Below the pieces are notes generated by a model. The model was not told the origin of the DNA. It did not search any database and worked only from the letters and a program-made list of their open reading frames with translations. A stretch of DNA of 64,000 nt from a bacterium ADurb.Bin157 (GTDB lineage Bacteria > Muiribacteriota > Ozemobacteria > Ozemobacterales > Ozemobacteraceae). Shown here one piece after another: positions 29,521 to 38,817 of the stretch. The position numbers were made by a program, and so were the translations under genes. The stretch spans positions 12,985 through 76,984 of the forward strand of contig MWDD01000007.1 in assembly GCA_002070375.1 (NCBI GenBank), in the 5' to 3' direction. Position 1 is the first letter of the stretch, and the number at the start of each line of letters is the position of its first letter.

Positions 29521-29533
29521 AACGAATGTTTTT

Positions 29534-30586
29534 ATGCTTTCGCCCGTTCGTTTTAACGGGCTTTGGCAGCGTCATCAGGCGTTTGCGGCAGAGTTGGCAA
29601 AGCGTGGTTATCTTGTGTTCTTTATAGAGCCCTTTTTGACCGGGGGGCTTGGACTAAATATTGCAGAGCCAAAAGAGTTTTTGGGCAATTTAAAGGTTAT
29701 AACGGTGAAAGTGCCTTTTAAAGCTTCTTCTTTTCCGGCGTTGCAGAAAATTGCAGTAAAATTTGCAATGATGCAGGTTTTAAAAAATGTTAAAACCGAT
29801 GAGTGTTTGTTGTGGGTGGCCGAGCCATCTATGGCCGAATTTACCGCAACACGCTGGAAACAAATACTTTACGATAGATGCGATCGGCACGGGTTTTTTC
29901 CGGGACAAAGAACGTCTGCGTGGCGCAATTACGAGGCCGAATTATATGAAAAGGCTGATTTTGTGAGTGTTTCGCACCCTTATTTGTTAAAAGATGTTCC
30001 GCCTATTTTGGGTAAAACCCTTATTGTAAAAAATGCTGTTTCCGATAAATATCTAAAGCGCGTAAAGCAAAATTGTAAGCCTGTCAGCGTGCAAGATAAC
30101 GTTTTAAGGCCGCTTGAACTGGTTTCTGCAGGCGCTCATTTTGAATGGACTGATTTTAGCTGGCTTGAATGGCTTATAAATAACGAAAGTTCTTGCCGGC
30201 CGATTCGCCTGCATATCGCGGGGGCAGGTAGGGGCAGAGACTTTGAACGTTTGATAAATGCTCCGAATGTAATTTTCCATAAAAAACTTTCTCATGATAA
30301 ATTATTTGAATTATTGAGAACTTGCGATGTGGGATTGGTGCCGTTTGCCGATACAGAGCTAATAAGAGGAGTTGACCCGATAAAAGTCTATGAATACGTC
30401 GCTTGCGGTTTGCAGGTTTGGGCGCCCGATGTGTCGTCATTGCGTGAAAACCCCTATATAACCCATTTTGTGGGCAAAGGAGATGGATTGCAGGATTTAA
30501 ACAGGTCTTGTTTTGAGCAGCCTCTCGATTTGCCTACTTGGGCAGACCGGATTGAGGTGTTACTTGATGAAGTGAGGTTGTTATGA
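29534..30586 (+). CDS. glycosyltransferase-like protein (GT-B C-terminal half recognisable)
   Basis: FADTELIRGVDPIKVYEYVACGLQVWAP. The track start at 29492 is a TTG inside the upstream gene; ATG at 29534 is preferred. Its stop overlaps the cyclase start (ATGA). Confidence 0.5.
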   Translation: MLSPVRFNGLWQRHQAFAAELAKRGYLVFFIEPFLTGGLGLNIAEPKEFLGNLKVITVKVPFKASSFPALQKIAVKFAMMQVLKNVKTDECLLWVAEPSMAEFTATRWKQILYDRCDRHGFFPGQRTSAWRNYEAELYEKADFVSVSHPYLLKDVPPILGKTLIVKNAVSDKYLKRVKQNCKPVSVQDNVLRPLELVSAGAHFEWTDFSWLEWLINNESSCRPIRLHIAGAGRGRDFERLINAPNVIFHKKLSHDKLFELLRTCDVGLVPFADTELIRGVDPIKVYEYVACGLQVWAPDVSSLRENPYITHFVGKGDGLQDLNRSCFEQPLDLPTWADRIEVLLDEVRLL

Positions 30587-32214
30587 GTAATGATGTTGTT
30601 GCCGGGAAGGCATCTTTTTTTAAATTCATTGTGATTCCGTTTTTTGTTATATCTATTTTTGCGCAGTCTTATTCTAATGCCTTTTTGAATGCCTTTTTAG
30701 TCGATAACTCAAAAGCAGTGGAACTTGCGAGAACTAACAAAATAAGCGACTCACGAGAAGTGTCGTTGATTCTGCAAAATGTGGAAAAGTATAATGAAAA
30801 AGTGCAAGGCAATATTTCTGTCACTCAAACGAACGGTAAAGCCGATATAACCGTGACCGGAGAGTTTTGGTCTGCCGGCTTGAGGCTTTTTTCAATTATT
30901 GTGCTTTATTTTTGGCTGCGTCCTTTTTTTGCATATTTAAAAAAGCGAAATGAAAAACACAAAATTCAGGCTTTAAACAGATATAATAATTTTTACAGAG
31001 GAATTTTTTCATATTTATTGGCTGTGCATGTTATTTGGTTTTTTACAGCTACCTTAAAAACTTATTTGCCCGGTGATTTTTGGCGTGCAATCGTTTATCA
31101 CTCAGTTTGGTGGTTGTGTGAATGCTATTTATTCTATTCGTTTTTAGAGCCTTCTTTGTTTATGTTCGTGAGCGGAGCGTTTTTGCAGCCCGGGGTAATT
31201 GCTCCAAACCGCTCAAGTTTAAGCATATATGGCAGACTTTTAACTATGCTGATTTTTTTGGTGTTGGTTCCTATGGGTATTTTGGCCGCTTATATTTATA
31301 AGGATTATTTTTTGCTTTACGATTTTAAATATAACGCACTGCTTTTGCTGACTACCTCTATTGTTTTTTTGGTGGGAAACATGCAATTGTTGTATAAGTC
31401 GGTTCAAGAGCCTATTGATGTTCTGGCCGAAAAAATGCAAAAACTGGCCGAAGGGGACTACAGTGTCAGCACTTCAGTTCTTTTTAACGACGAAATCGGG
31501 CGTTTGAAGGCAAACTTCAACAGTATGGTCGAACAGCTTAAAGAGCGAGAAGAAATGAAAGATATTTTCGGCAAATATGTTTCTATCGAAATAGCAAAGC
31601 ATCTGATCAAAAATCATAAGGTTGATTTGGGCGGCGAAAATATTATCGCAACGGTATTATTTTCTGATATCAGAAATTTCACTTCTATGAGCGAAAAAAT
31701 GTCACCCGAAGAAGTTGTAACTATGTTAAATACATATTTTGCTTATATTACCGAACCGATAATGGCTAATAACGGCGTAATTAACAAGTTTATCGGTGAC
31801 GCGGTAATGGCTGTTTTCACCCCGCACTTAGGCTCAGAAAACCATGTCGAAGACGCCATAAAAGCAGCAAAAGAAATGCGCGAAAGACTCGCTAATCTAA
31901 ACAATTCAAAAGAGCTCAAATCAGAGATAAAGTTCGGCATAGGTCTCAATACAGGCCCTCTTATTGCCGGCAACATCGGAACACAAAAGCGATTCGAATA
32001 CACGGTCATCGGAGACACGGTTAATGTCGCTTCCCGCATGGAATCTCTTTCAAAAGCTCTTGAGCACGATATCATATTGAGCGAATCAACGGCAGAAAAA
32101 ATCGACAAAGAGTTCGCAAAAACTCTCATATTAGAAAAATCTGACCCCGTGCAGATTAAAGGCAAAAGCCTGCCTATGCCGGTTTACAAGCTGATAGGTT
32201 TTAAAACTGATTAA
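30583..32214 (+). CDS. membrane-bound class III adenylate/guanylate cyclase with HAMP domain
   Basis: TM region, HAMP (IDVLAEKMQKLAEGDYSV), and cyclase catalytic motifs VLFSDIRNFTSMSE, KFIGDAVMAVF, GLNTGPLIAGNIGTQKRFEYTVIGDTVNVASRME. Confidence 0.85.
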   Translation: MSNDVVAGKASFFKFIVIPFFVISIFAQSYSNAFLNAFLVDNSKAVELARTNKISDSREVSLILQNVEKYNEKVQGNISVTQTNGKADITVTGEFWSAGLRLFSIIVLYFWLRPFFAYLKKRNEKHKIQALNRYNNFYRGIFSYLLAVHVIWFFTATLKTYLPGDFWRAIVYHSVWWLCECYLFYSFLEPSLFMFVSGAFLQPGVIAPNRSSLSIYGRLLTMLIFLVLVPMGILAAYIYKDYFLLYDFKYNALLLLTTSIVFLVGNMQLLYKSVQEPIDVLAEKMQKLAEGDYSVSTSVLFNDEIGRLKANFNSMVEQLKEREEMKDIFGKYVSIEIAKHLIKNHKVDLGGENIIATVLFSDIRNFTSMSEKMSPEEVVTMLNTYFAYITEPIMANNGVINKFIGDAVMAVFTPHLGSENHVEDAIKAAKEMRERLANLNNSKELKSEIKFGIGLNTGPLIAGNIGTQKRFEYTVIGDTVNVASRMESLSKALEHDIILSESTAEKIDKEFAKTLILEKSDPVQIKGKSLPMPVYKLIGFKTD

Positions 32215-32229
32215 TCGGTTAAGAGATTC

Positions 32230-33198
32230 TTATTTAGAGCAAAGCCCGTTTTCACACACGTTTTCGGTCGGGCAATTTTCGCAGGTGCGCTCTAATTGTA
32301 TTGTTGAATGGGAAATGCCTAACCCTTTTAAGCCTTCGTTCGCTGCCTTTATCACTTCGTCGTCGTTTTCTGAAGAGGGTTTAACCAAATGAACGGTTAA
32401 AGCTATCTCTGTGGTGCTCATGCCCCATATGTGCAGGTCATGAGTTTCTTCAACGCCGGGCAATGATTTTAAAAAATCGTTAACTTTGTCCGGGTCGACG
32501 CTCTCGGGAACAGCATGAAGAGCCAGATTTAATGATTCCTTCAACAGATTCCAAGTGCCCATAAATATTACAATGGCTATGATAATACTCACTATAGGGT
32601 CAATTATGCTGATGCCGCTATATTTTATAATGAAGCCCGAAACCACAACACCGGCTGATACAGCCGCATCTGCAACCATATGCAGATAAGCGCCGCGAAT
32701 GTTTAAATCTTTCTTTTGGTCTTTCATAAACAACATAGCTGTAAAGGCATTGATAATGATGCCGACCGTGGCAACGAAAATTATTGTGTTACCTTCCAGT
32801 GCTACCGGAGCGCTAAATCGCTTGATAGCTTCAATGATAATGCCGCCAACCGCGAGCATAAGAATCAAAGAGTTAAAAAGTGCCGCGAGAATAGAAGAGC
32901 TCTTAAGACCATAGGTGCGGCGCTTTGAAGTGTTCTTTTGTGCCAGGTAATGTGCGCCCCAAGCCAAAAGCAAACCTAGTATGTCGCTTAAATTGTGCCC
33001 GGCGTCGGCTAATAATGAAAGCGAGTTTGTTAAAAAGCCGTAGCCGCCCTCAACTATAACGTAAATAATGTTTAAAGAAATACCTATGGCAAAAATTTTA
33101 TTGTAGTTAGCGGGCCCATGGCTGTGCCCGTGACTGTGACTGTGACTGTGTCCATGGCCATGTGAGCACTCACTGTGGCTATGATTGGTCTCTGGCAT
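32230..33198 (-). CDS. cation diffusion facilitator (CzcD/ZitB-like) metal efflux transporter with His-rich N-terminus and Cys-rich C-terminus
   Basis: MPETNHSHSECSHGHGHSHSHSHGHSHG..., six TM helices, HxxxD motifs, C-terminal CENCPTENVCENGLCSK. The start was chosen at the ATG with a GGAG Shine-Dalgarno (the track ORF extends 17 codons further). Confidence 0.85.
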   Translation of the reverse strand: MPETNHSHSECSHGHGHSHSHSHGHSHGPANYNKIFAIGISLNIIYVIVEGGYGFLTNSLSLLADAGHNLSDILGLLLAWGAHYLAQKNTSKRRTYGLKSSSILAALFNSLILMLAVGGIIIEAIKRFSAPVALEGNTIIFVATVGIIINAFTAMLFMKDQKKDLNIRGAYLHMVADAAVSAGVVVSGFIIKYSGISIIDPIVSIIIAIVIFMGTWNLLKESLNLALHAVPESVDPDKVNDFLKSLPGVEETHDLHIWGMSTTEIALTVHLVKPSSENDDEVIKAANEGLKGLGISHSTIQLERTCENCPTENVCENGLCSK

Positions 33199-33374
33199 GA
33201 TGATAATCTCCGAAATTTGTGAGTTAAGAACAACAAAAGATACTACCATAAAAGACTCTTAAACAAAATACTCAAACTATGAACATAGAAAAATAAAATA
33301 ACTTGCAAATTTAAGTAAAAATCTGTACACTGTTTGCTCTGAAATTACGCCGGATAATCGGCTGGAGCTATTTA

Positions 33375-35198
33375 GTGAAAAGACACATTATTGAACCGGA
33401 AAAGATAAGAAACGTAGCAATTATTGCACACGTTGACCATGGCAAGACGACTTTGGTAGATGCCATGATTAAACAATCAGGTCTATTTAGAGACAATCAG
33501 CGCATAGAAGAGCGCTTTATGGACAGCAACGACATCGAAAGAGAAAGAGGAATTACCATTTTATCCAAAAATCTTTCTCTTGAATACAACGGTTATCGCA
33601 TTAACCTTGTAGACACTCCGGGTCACGTTGATTTCGGCGGTGAAGTAGAGCGAGTTTTACATATGGCAAACGGTTGTTTGCTTCTTGTTGATTCCTTTGA
33701 AGGCCCCATGCCTCAAACACGTTTTGTTTTGAAAAAAGCTTTGGCGGCAGGATTAAGACCTGTTGTGGTTATAAACAAAATTGACAGGCCCGATGCTCGT
33801 GTTGAGGCCGTACAAGATGAAATTCTTGACTTATTCATAGATGTAGGTGTTTCTGAAGATATTCTTGACTGCCCTATCCTTTATGCCTCGGGAAGAGGCG
33901 GATACGCCATCAGAAATATGAGCGACGAAAGGCAAGACATAAGACCTTTGTTAGAAGAAATAATCAAACAAGTTCCTCCGCCCAAAGGAGAGCTTGAAGG
34001 CCCCGCTAAAATGCAAATTACAAGCCTTGACTATAATGACTACGTCGGAAGAATAGGCGTAGGCAGAATATTGCAGGGAGTATTGAAGGGCAAAGCCGAT
34101 GTTTTCAGGCTACATCCGGATCAGGTTCCCGAAAAAAATAAAATTTTGCGATTATACTCATTTAGAGGTATTCAAAGAATAGAAGTTGAAGAAGCGGGTG
34201 CCGGAGACATTGTAGCTATCTGCGGTATAGATGATCTTTCTATCGGAGATACTGTCTGCACAGAATTATGTGACGCAGAACCGGTTATAGCTGTAGACCA
34301 GCCTGTTATTTCAATGACATTTACTGCAAATACGAGCCCGTTCTCCGGAAAAAGCAAGGCAAGTAAATTTCTTACTTCCAGACAAATTTTGTCACGCTTA
34401 CAAAGAGAATTAGAAACCAACGTTTCTATGCGTGTAGAAATAGCCTCTGCCGAAAATGATATGTTTTTGGTTTCGGGGCGCGGCGAATTACATCTGGGTA
34501 TTTTAATAGAAAATATGCGACGTGAAGGTTACGAACTTCAGGTGAGCAAGCCTAGTGCAATCATGAAGCGAGACGAAAACGGAAACTTGGTTGAGCCGAT
34601 AGAAGAACTCGCAATAGATATACCCGATTCGTATATGGGCACAATAATGGAAGTGTTAGGGCCTCGCAGAGCCATCTTAGAAGACACTAAACGTCTTTTG
34701 GACAACTACTTGAGATTGATTTTTTCTGTTCCGGCAAGAGGACTGTTGGGCTTTCGTTCAATGTTTTTAACCTTAACAAACGGAACCGGCATAATGAATC
34801 AATGTTTCAGAGGCTATGAACCCCATAGAGGCGATATTCCCGAAAGCAGAAACGGGGTTATGGTCGCAACTGAAGGCGGAATTGCGACAGGATACGCAAT
34901 TAAGAACCTCTCTGAACGAGGAACGCTTTTTTACGGCCCGGGCGAAGAAATATATGAAGGTCTTGTTGTCGGAGAACGACCCCTCGCAACAGATTTAAAA
35001 GTAAATATAGTAAAAAAGAGACATGTTACCAATCACCGTTCCGCAACTTCTGAAGAACTTGAAAAGCTTCAAGCCCCAAGAAGAATGACTCTTGATCAGG
35101 CGTTGGAATATGTTGGCGATGACGAGTGGGTAGAAATTACTCCGGAAGCAGTAAGATTGAGAAAAAAAGGTGATACGGTAGTCGGACAAAAAAGATGA
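33375..35198 (+). CDS. typA: translational GTPase TypA/BipA
   Basis: AIIAHVDHGKTTLVD...DTPGHVDFGGEVERVL...NKIDRP; 607 aa, EF-G-like domain order. Confidence 0.95.
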   Translation: MKRHIIEPEKIRNVAIIAHVDHGKTTLVDAMIKQSGLFRDNQRIEERFMDSNDIERERGITILSKNLSLEYNGYRINLVDTPGHVDFGGEVERVLHMANGCLLLVDSFEGPMPQTRFVLKKALAAGLRPVVVINKIDRPDARVEAVQDEILDLFIDVGVSEDILDCPILYASGRGGYAIRNMSDERQDIRPLLEEIIKQVPPPKGELEGPAKMQITSLDYNDYVGRIGVGRILQGVLKGKADVFRLHPDQVPEKNKILRLYSFRGIQRIEVEEAGAGDIVAICGIDDLSIGDTVCTELCDAEPVIAVDQPVISMTFTANTSPFSGKSKASKFLTSRQILSRLQRELETNVSMRVEIASAENDMFLVSGRGELHLGILIENMRREGYELQVSKPSAIMKRDENGNLVEPIEELAIDIPDSYMGTIMEVLGPRRAILEDTKRLLDNYLRLIFSVPARGLLGFRSMFLTLTNGTGIMNQCFRGYEPHRGDIPESRNGVMVATEGGIATGYAIKNLSERGTLFYGPGEEIYEGLVVGERPLATDLKVNIVKKRHVTNHRSATSEELEKLQAPRRMTLDQALEYVGDDEWVEITPEAVRLRKKGDTVVGQKR

Positions 35199-35743
35199 TG
35201 AAGACTGTTTGTGTTTTTTGTTCTTCTTCAAATGAAGTATGCGATTTAATTAAAGACGACGGAGCACGGTTGGGTCGGCTATTAGCCGAGCAAGGCCGTG
35301 CTTTGCTTTATGGCGGAACTTCTTGCGGCCTTATGAAGATTGTTGCAGATGCCCATAAAAGCTCAAACGGGTATTTAATAGGTGTGATACCGGGCTATAT
35401 GAAAGATTGCGGCAAGCTTTATGATGGCTTAGACGAGATAATTGAGGTGGAAGATCTAAGGCCCAGAAAACAGGTTATGCTTGATCGATCTGATTTTATT
35501 GTAGCTTTGCCCGGCGGAATAGGGACTTATGATGAATTTTTTGACTTATTGTCACTAAAAATGATAAACAGACATAACAAGCCCATGTATTTATTAAATA
35601 CAGATGAATTTTACGAACCTTTTTTGCAGTTAATAAAGCATGGAATAAAAAACAGAACCATTAAACCGGATTGTATAGAATTGTTTAAGGTTTTTAAGAC
35701 ACCGGAAGAACTGGTGAGAGAAATAAAGGATTACTTGAGTTAA
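35195..35743 (+). CDS. LOG-family protein (cytokinin riboside 5'-monophosphate phosphoribohydrolase-like, TIGR00730)
   Basis: VFCSSS...GGTSCGLMKIVADA...ALPGGIGTYDEFFDLLSL (PGGxGTxxE motif); ATGA overlap with typA. Confidence 0.8.
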   Translation: MMKTVCVFCSSSNEVCDLIKDDGARLGRLLAEQGRALLYGGTSCGLMKIVADAHKSSNGYLIGVIPGYMKDCGKLYDGLDEIIEVEDLRPRKQVMLDRSDFIVALPGGIGTYDEFFDLLSLKMINRHNKPMYLLNTDEFYEPFLQLIKHGIKNRTIKPDCIELFKVFKTPEELVREIKDYLS

Positions 35744-35753
35744 GGAGATTTTT

Positions 35754-36806
35754 ATGGAACTATCTGCTATTCTTGCTCTTTCTATGCAAAGAAACGCTTC
35801 TGACATTATATTAACAGTCGGAAGACCCCCAATGTTCAGAATTAACGGTTCTCTTGTGCCCGATACAAGTGCTGTATTATCCTCAGAGGATACAGAAAAA
35901 TTGATTTTTTCTGTATTAAACGATTCTCAGGTTAAAGAATTTAATGAAAAAAACGAATTAGATTTAGCTGTTTTTTTCCCTGATTCGGGGCGCTTCAGAG
36001 TTAATGTTTTCAGACAACAAAATTTTGTTGGAGCTGCTTTTAGACCTATTTTAAGCAAAATTCCCACATTTGAATCTCTCGCACTTTCGCAAACTATTTC
36101 CAATTTTTGTAATATGCCAAGCGGTTTAATCTGCGTTACAGGGCCGACCGGAAGCGGTAAATCAACAACCTTGGCGGCCATGATAAACCACATAAATATG
36201 CATAGGCAGTCACATATAATAACCATAGAAGACCCGATAGAGTTTGTTCATTCCCATATTAGGTCTGTTATCGAACAGCGTGAGGTAGGTAAAGACACAG
36301 AAACCTATACAACAGCTCTTAAATATGTATTAAGACAATGCCCGGATGTTATTTTAATTGGCGAAATGCGTGACTTAGAAACTATAGCAGCAGCAATAAC
36401 AATAGCAGAAACGGGGCACTTGGTGTTTGCAACTTTGCATACACAATCAGCGGCAAAAACTATTGACCGTATAATCGACGTTTTTCCCCCTTATCAGCAG
36501 CAACAAATAAGAGCTCAATTGGCAAGCACCTTGAAAGGTGTTGTTTCGCAAATTCTGTTGCCGAGAAAAGACGGAATGGGAAGAGTTGCAGCGAGAGAAA
36601 TAATGGTTGTAACGCCGGGGATATCAAATCTTATCAGAGAAGGCAAAGTATTCCAGATTCCAACTGCGCTTCAAACGGGAGCTTCAGTAGGAATGATTTC
36701 AATGGATCAGTCTTTGTTGCAACTGAAAAATGCAGGCGTTATATCTGAAGAAGTCTATCAAACAAGGGTTACTCCCAAGCTAGGCGCCGCGCCTTATGGA
36801 AATTAA
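35754..36806 (+). CDS. pilT: type IV pilus retraction ATPase PilT
   Basis: Walker A GPTGSGKSTT, IITIEDPIE, Asp box and GEMRD; about 350 aa, typical of PilT/PilU. Confidence 0.85.
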   Translation: MELSAILALSMQRNASDIILTVGRPPMFRINGSLVPDTSAVLSSEDTEKLIFSVLNDSQVKEFNEKNELDLAVFFPDSGRFRVNVFRQQNFVGAAFRPILSKIPTFESLALSQTISNFCNMPSGLICVTGPTGSGKSTTLAAMINHINMHRQSHIITIEDPIEFVHSHIRSVIEQREVGKDTETYTTALKYVLRQCPDVILIGEMRDLETIAAAITIAETGHLVFATLHTQSAAKTIDRIIDVFPPYQQQQIRAQLASTLKGVVSQILLPRKDGMGRVAAREIMVVTPGISNLIREGKVFQIPTALQTGASVGMISMDQSLLQLKNAGVISEEVYQTRVTPKLGAAPYGN

Positions 36807-36820
36807 GGGAGGAAGATAAA

Positions 36821-37810
36821 ATGAAAGTAACATTAGAACAAATCGAATCGTTTCAGTTGTTTAGTAAACTTTCTAAAACAGAACTGGAAGAATTGATGCC
36901 CATGTTTGAAACAGTAACTTTTAAAGCAGGCGACAGGGTTTTCAAAGAGTGCGAAGAAGGCGATTCTATGTATCTTATACTTAGCGGGAGCGTAGATATA
37001 AGAAAATGTATCGATTTTGAATGTGGCACAGAAAAATCATTGGCAACTTTGCCAAAAGGGGACTTTTTTGGCGAAATGTCTTTGTTGACAGGCGAAAGCA
37101 GGTCTGCATCTGTTTTGGTTTTAGAAGACGCTTTGTTGCTTAAAATTTTGAGAGACAAATATATTGACCTGATGACTAAGAATCCTAGCATGACTTCGCT
37201 TCTTCTAGGCGGTTTGGTTAGCTCTATCTCAAAGCGATTAAGAGCAACAAGCCTCGAATCGGTGACCCTTTATGAAACCGGCAGAATTATCAGTAATACA
37301 AAAAATGTAAAAGATTTGTCCGCTAAAATTTTAGACAGACTTATTAAGTCAACCGGTGCAGAAGCCGGCGTTATTCTTTTTTGGAATGAAATTGTAGAAT
37401 GTTTCGAGATAGAAACCATACTAGGGAATAAAAATGAAACATTGGCTACGGCTTTTAATGGACACAGTAAGTTTTCAGAGTTTTTGCTTGGACTTAAAGA
37501 CCCCTTTGTTACCGATGAAAATCACAAGTTTGTCGAAATTAAAGAAACCGGATTAGACTGCAAAGGAATGGTTTATGTACCGTTACTTACCGATTTGCTA
37601 GACTTAAATGACCCGTATAAATATGTTAAAAAAGTAACCGGAGTTATAATTTTGGGCCACTCAAACCTAAATCATTTTACCCTTTCGAACTTAACTTTGA
37701 TGAAAGGTGTGGCAGAGCAGGTTGCTCAAGCTTTGCTTAATGCGAAGTTATTGCAGGAGAATGAGTCTAGACGAGCCTATGAACAGGTGTATGTAACTCC
37801 CGGGTTTTAA
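36821..37810 (+). CDS. cyclic nucleotide-binding domain protein with C-terminal GAF-like domain
   Basis: cNMP-binding signature FGEMSLLTGESRSASVLVLEDALLLKI; GGAGG Shine-Dalgarno. Confidence 0.75.
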   Translation: MKVTLEQIESFQLFSKLSKTELEELMPMFETVTFKAGDRVFKECEEGDSMYLILSGSVDIRKCIDFECGTEKSLATLPKGDFFGEMSLLTGESRSASVLVLEDALLLKILRDKYIDLMTKNPSMTSLLLGGLVSSISKRLRATSLESVTLYETGRIISNTKNVKDLSAKILDRLIKSTGAEAGVILFWNEIVECFEIETILGNKNETLATAFNGHSKFSEFLLGLKDPFVTDENHKFVEIKETGLDCKGMVYVPLLTDLLDLNDPYKYVKKVTGVIILGHSNLNHFTLSNLTLMKGVAEQVAQALLNAKLLQENESRRAYEQVYVTPGF

Positions 37811-37824
37811 AATAGTTCGTTCGA

Positions 37825-37859
37825 AAAAAGCTATAATTGTAATAAATTATAGCTTTTTT
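37825..37859. terminator. bidirectional rho-independent terminator between convergent genes
   Basis: aaaaagctataatt-gtaataa-aattatagcttttt, with A-run and T-run on either side. Confidence 0.7.
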
Positions 37860-38700
37860 AGTTGTTATAATTAGTTTTATACTTGCCTTCAAGCCAATAA
37901 GCTTCTTTTTCAAGGGGTATTTCAAAAGATTTGTCCTTGTGTCTGATGTCGGCCCAAGCACATTGCAGACCCCAATTGGCAGTCCAGCCGGTGTCATCAA
38001 ACCACAAATCACCGATTCTTTCTCTGAATCTTGGTATGACGTTGCTGAGTTTTAACGGAGACATCATGTCTCTGCGATATTGAAATGTATGAGTTAATTC
38101 GTGTCCTGCGTGTTCACCGTCGGAATTGGTGGTAATTATATTCGCGTTACTGTATGCAAGAGCACTTGAGCCCAATAAAGTCCCGTCTTTGTTGCATTTC
38201 TTTTCGAAAGCAAAGGTGCCGTATTTGAAACTTCGTTTAAAGTCTATTCTGGAGCCTTCAATAAAATGTGATAAAACAACTACCGTAGAGTTCAATCCCA
38301 ATTGATATTTGACTTTGTTATCTTTAAAGGTTAACCAAACCGGCCCCATATCCATTCTGAAGACCGTGTCTTTGCTTCCTGCGCACTCTGCCAGAGAAGA
38401 GCCTATATTAAAAATTATTTTATTGCGCCAAGCGTATCCGCTAGATTTGTTTTCGGCATTCGCAATTCCTTTAAGACCTTCTTGCATCATGAATCCCCCG
38501 AATGCGCCCTGAAAAAAAGCTCTTGGAATTGGGGTTCCCTCATAATAAGCTTTTATTGCACCTAATACTGCGGGAATAGCCATGTTGGTAATGTAAAAAT
38601 TCTTCTCGCTGTAAGCATAAGTACACTTTGCAAATCTTAGAAAAAGAAAAGCAATAATTATCAAACAAGAGAAAAACATTGTTGATTTTTTGGCGACCAT
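37858..38700 (-). CDS. secreted/anchored hypothetical protein with HExxH motif (putative zinc metallopeptidase)
   Basis: N-terminal signal/TM MVAKKSTMFFSCLIIIAFLFL; ...SDGEHAGHELTHTFQYRRDM contains HELTH. Confidence 0.45.
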   Translation of the reverse strand: MVAKKSTMFFSCLIIIAFLFLRFAKCTYAYSEKNFYITNMAIPAVLGAIKAYYEGTPIPRAFFQGAFGGFMMQEGLKGIANAENKSSGYAWRNKIIFNIGSSLAECAGSKDTVFRMDMGPVWLTFKDNKVKYQLGLNSTVVVLSHFIEGSRIDFKRSFKYGTFAFEKKCNKDGTLLGSSALAYSNANIITTNSDGEHAGHELTHTFQYRRDMMSPLKLSNVIPRFRERIGDLWFDDTGWTANWGLQCAWADIRHKDKSFEIPLEKEAYWLEGKYKTNYNN

Positions 38701-38817
38701 AGGATTAAGCTACTCAAAAATACCATTTAATCAAGTTGTTTTTGGTTGTGTTTTTAGGGGAAAAAGCATACACTTGTCTGAAAGCAATTTAGCAAAATAA
38801 TAGGTTTAGAAGAAAAA

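Noticed and set aside
29492-29533. Track start (TTG) of the GT-like gene overlapping the double-GT4 gene by 29 nt
   Set aside because: The in-frame ATG at 29534 lies just past the upstream stop; the TTG-initiated extension is probably an ORF-caller artefact. The same applies to 23466 (rpsF), 25413 (rplI), 53570 (tsaB), 55239 (mutL), 7063 (accB) and 33249 (CDF).
33250-33374. Possible metal (NiCo/czcD-type) riboswitch upstream of the CDF transporter
   Set aside because: The minus-strand leader is AT-rich with no convincing conserved helices; I could not recognise the motif by eye.
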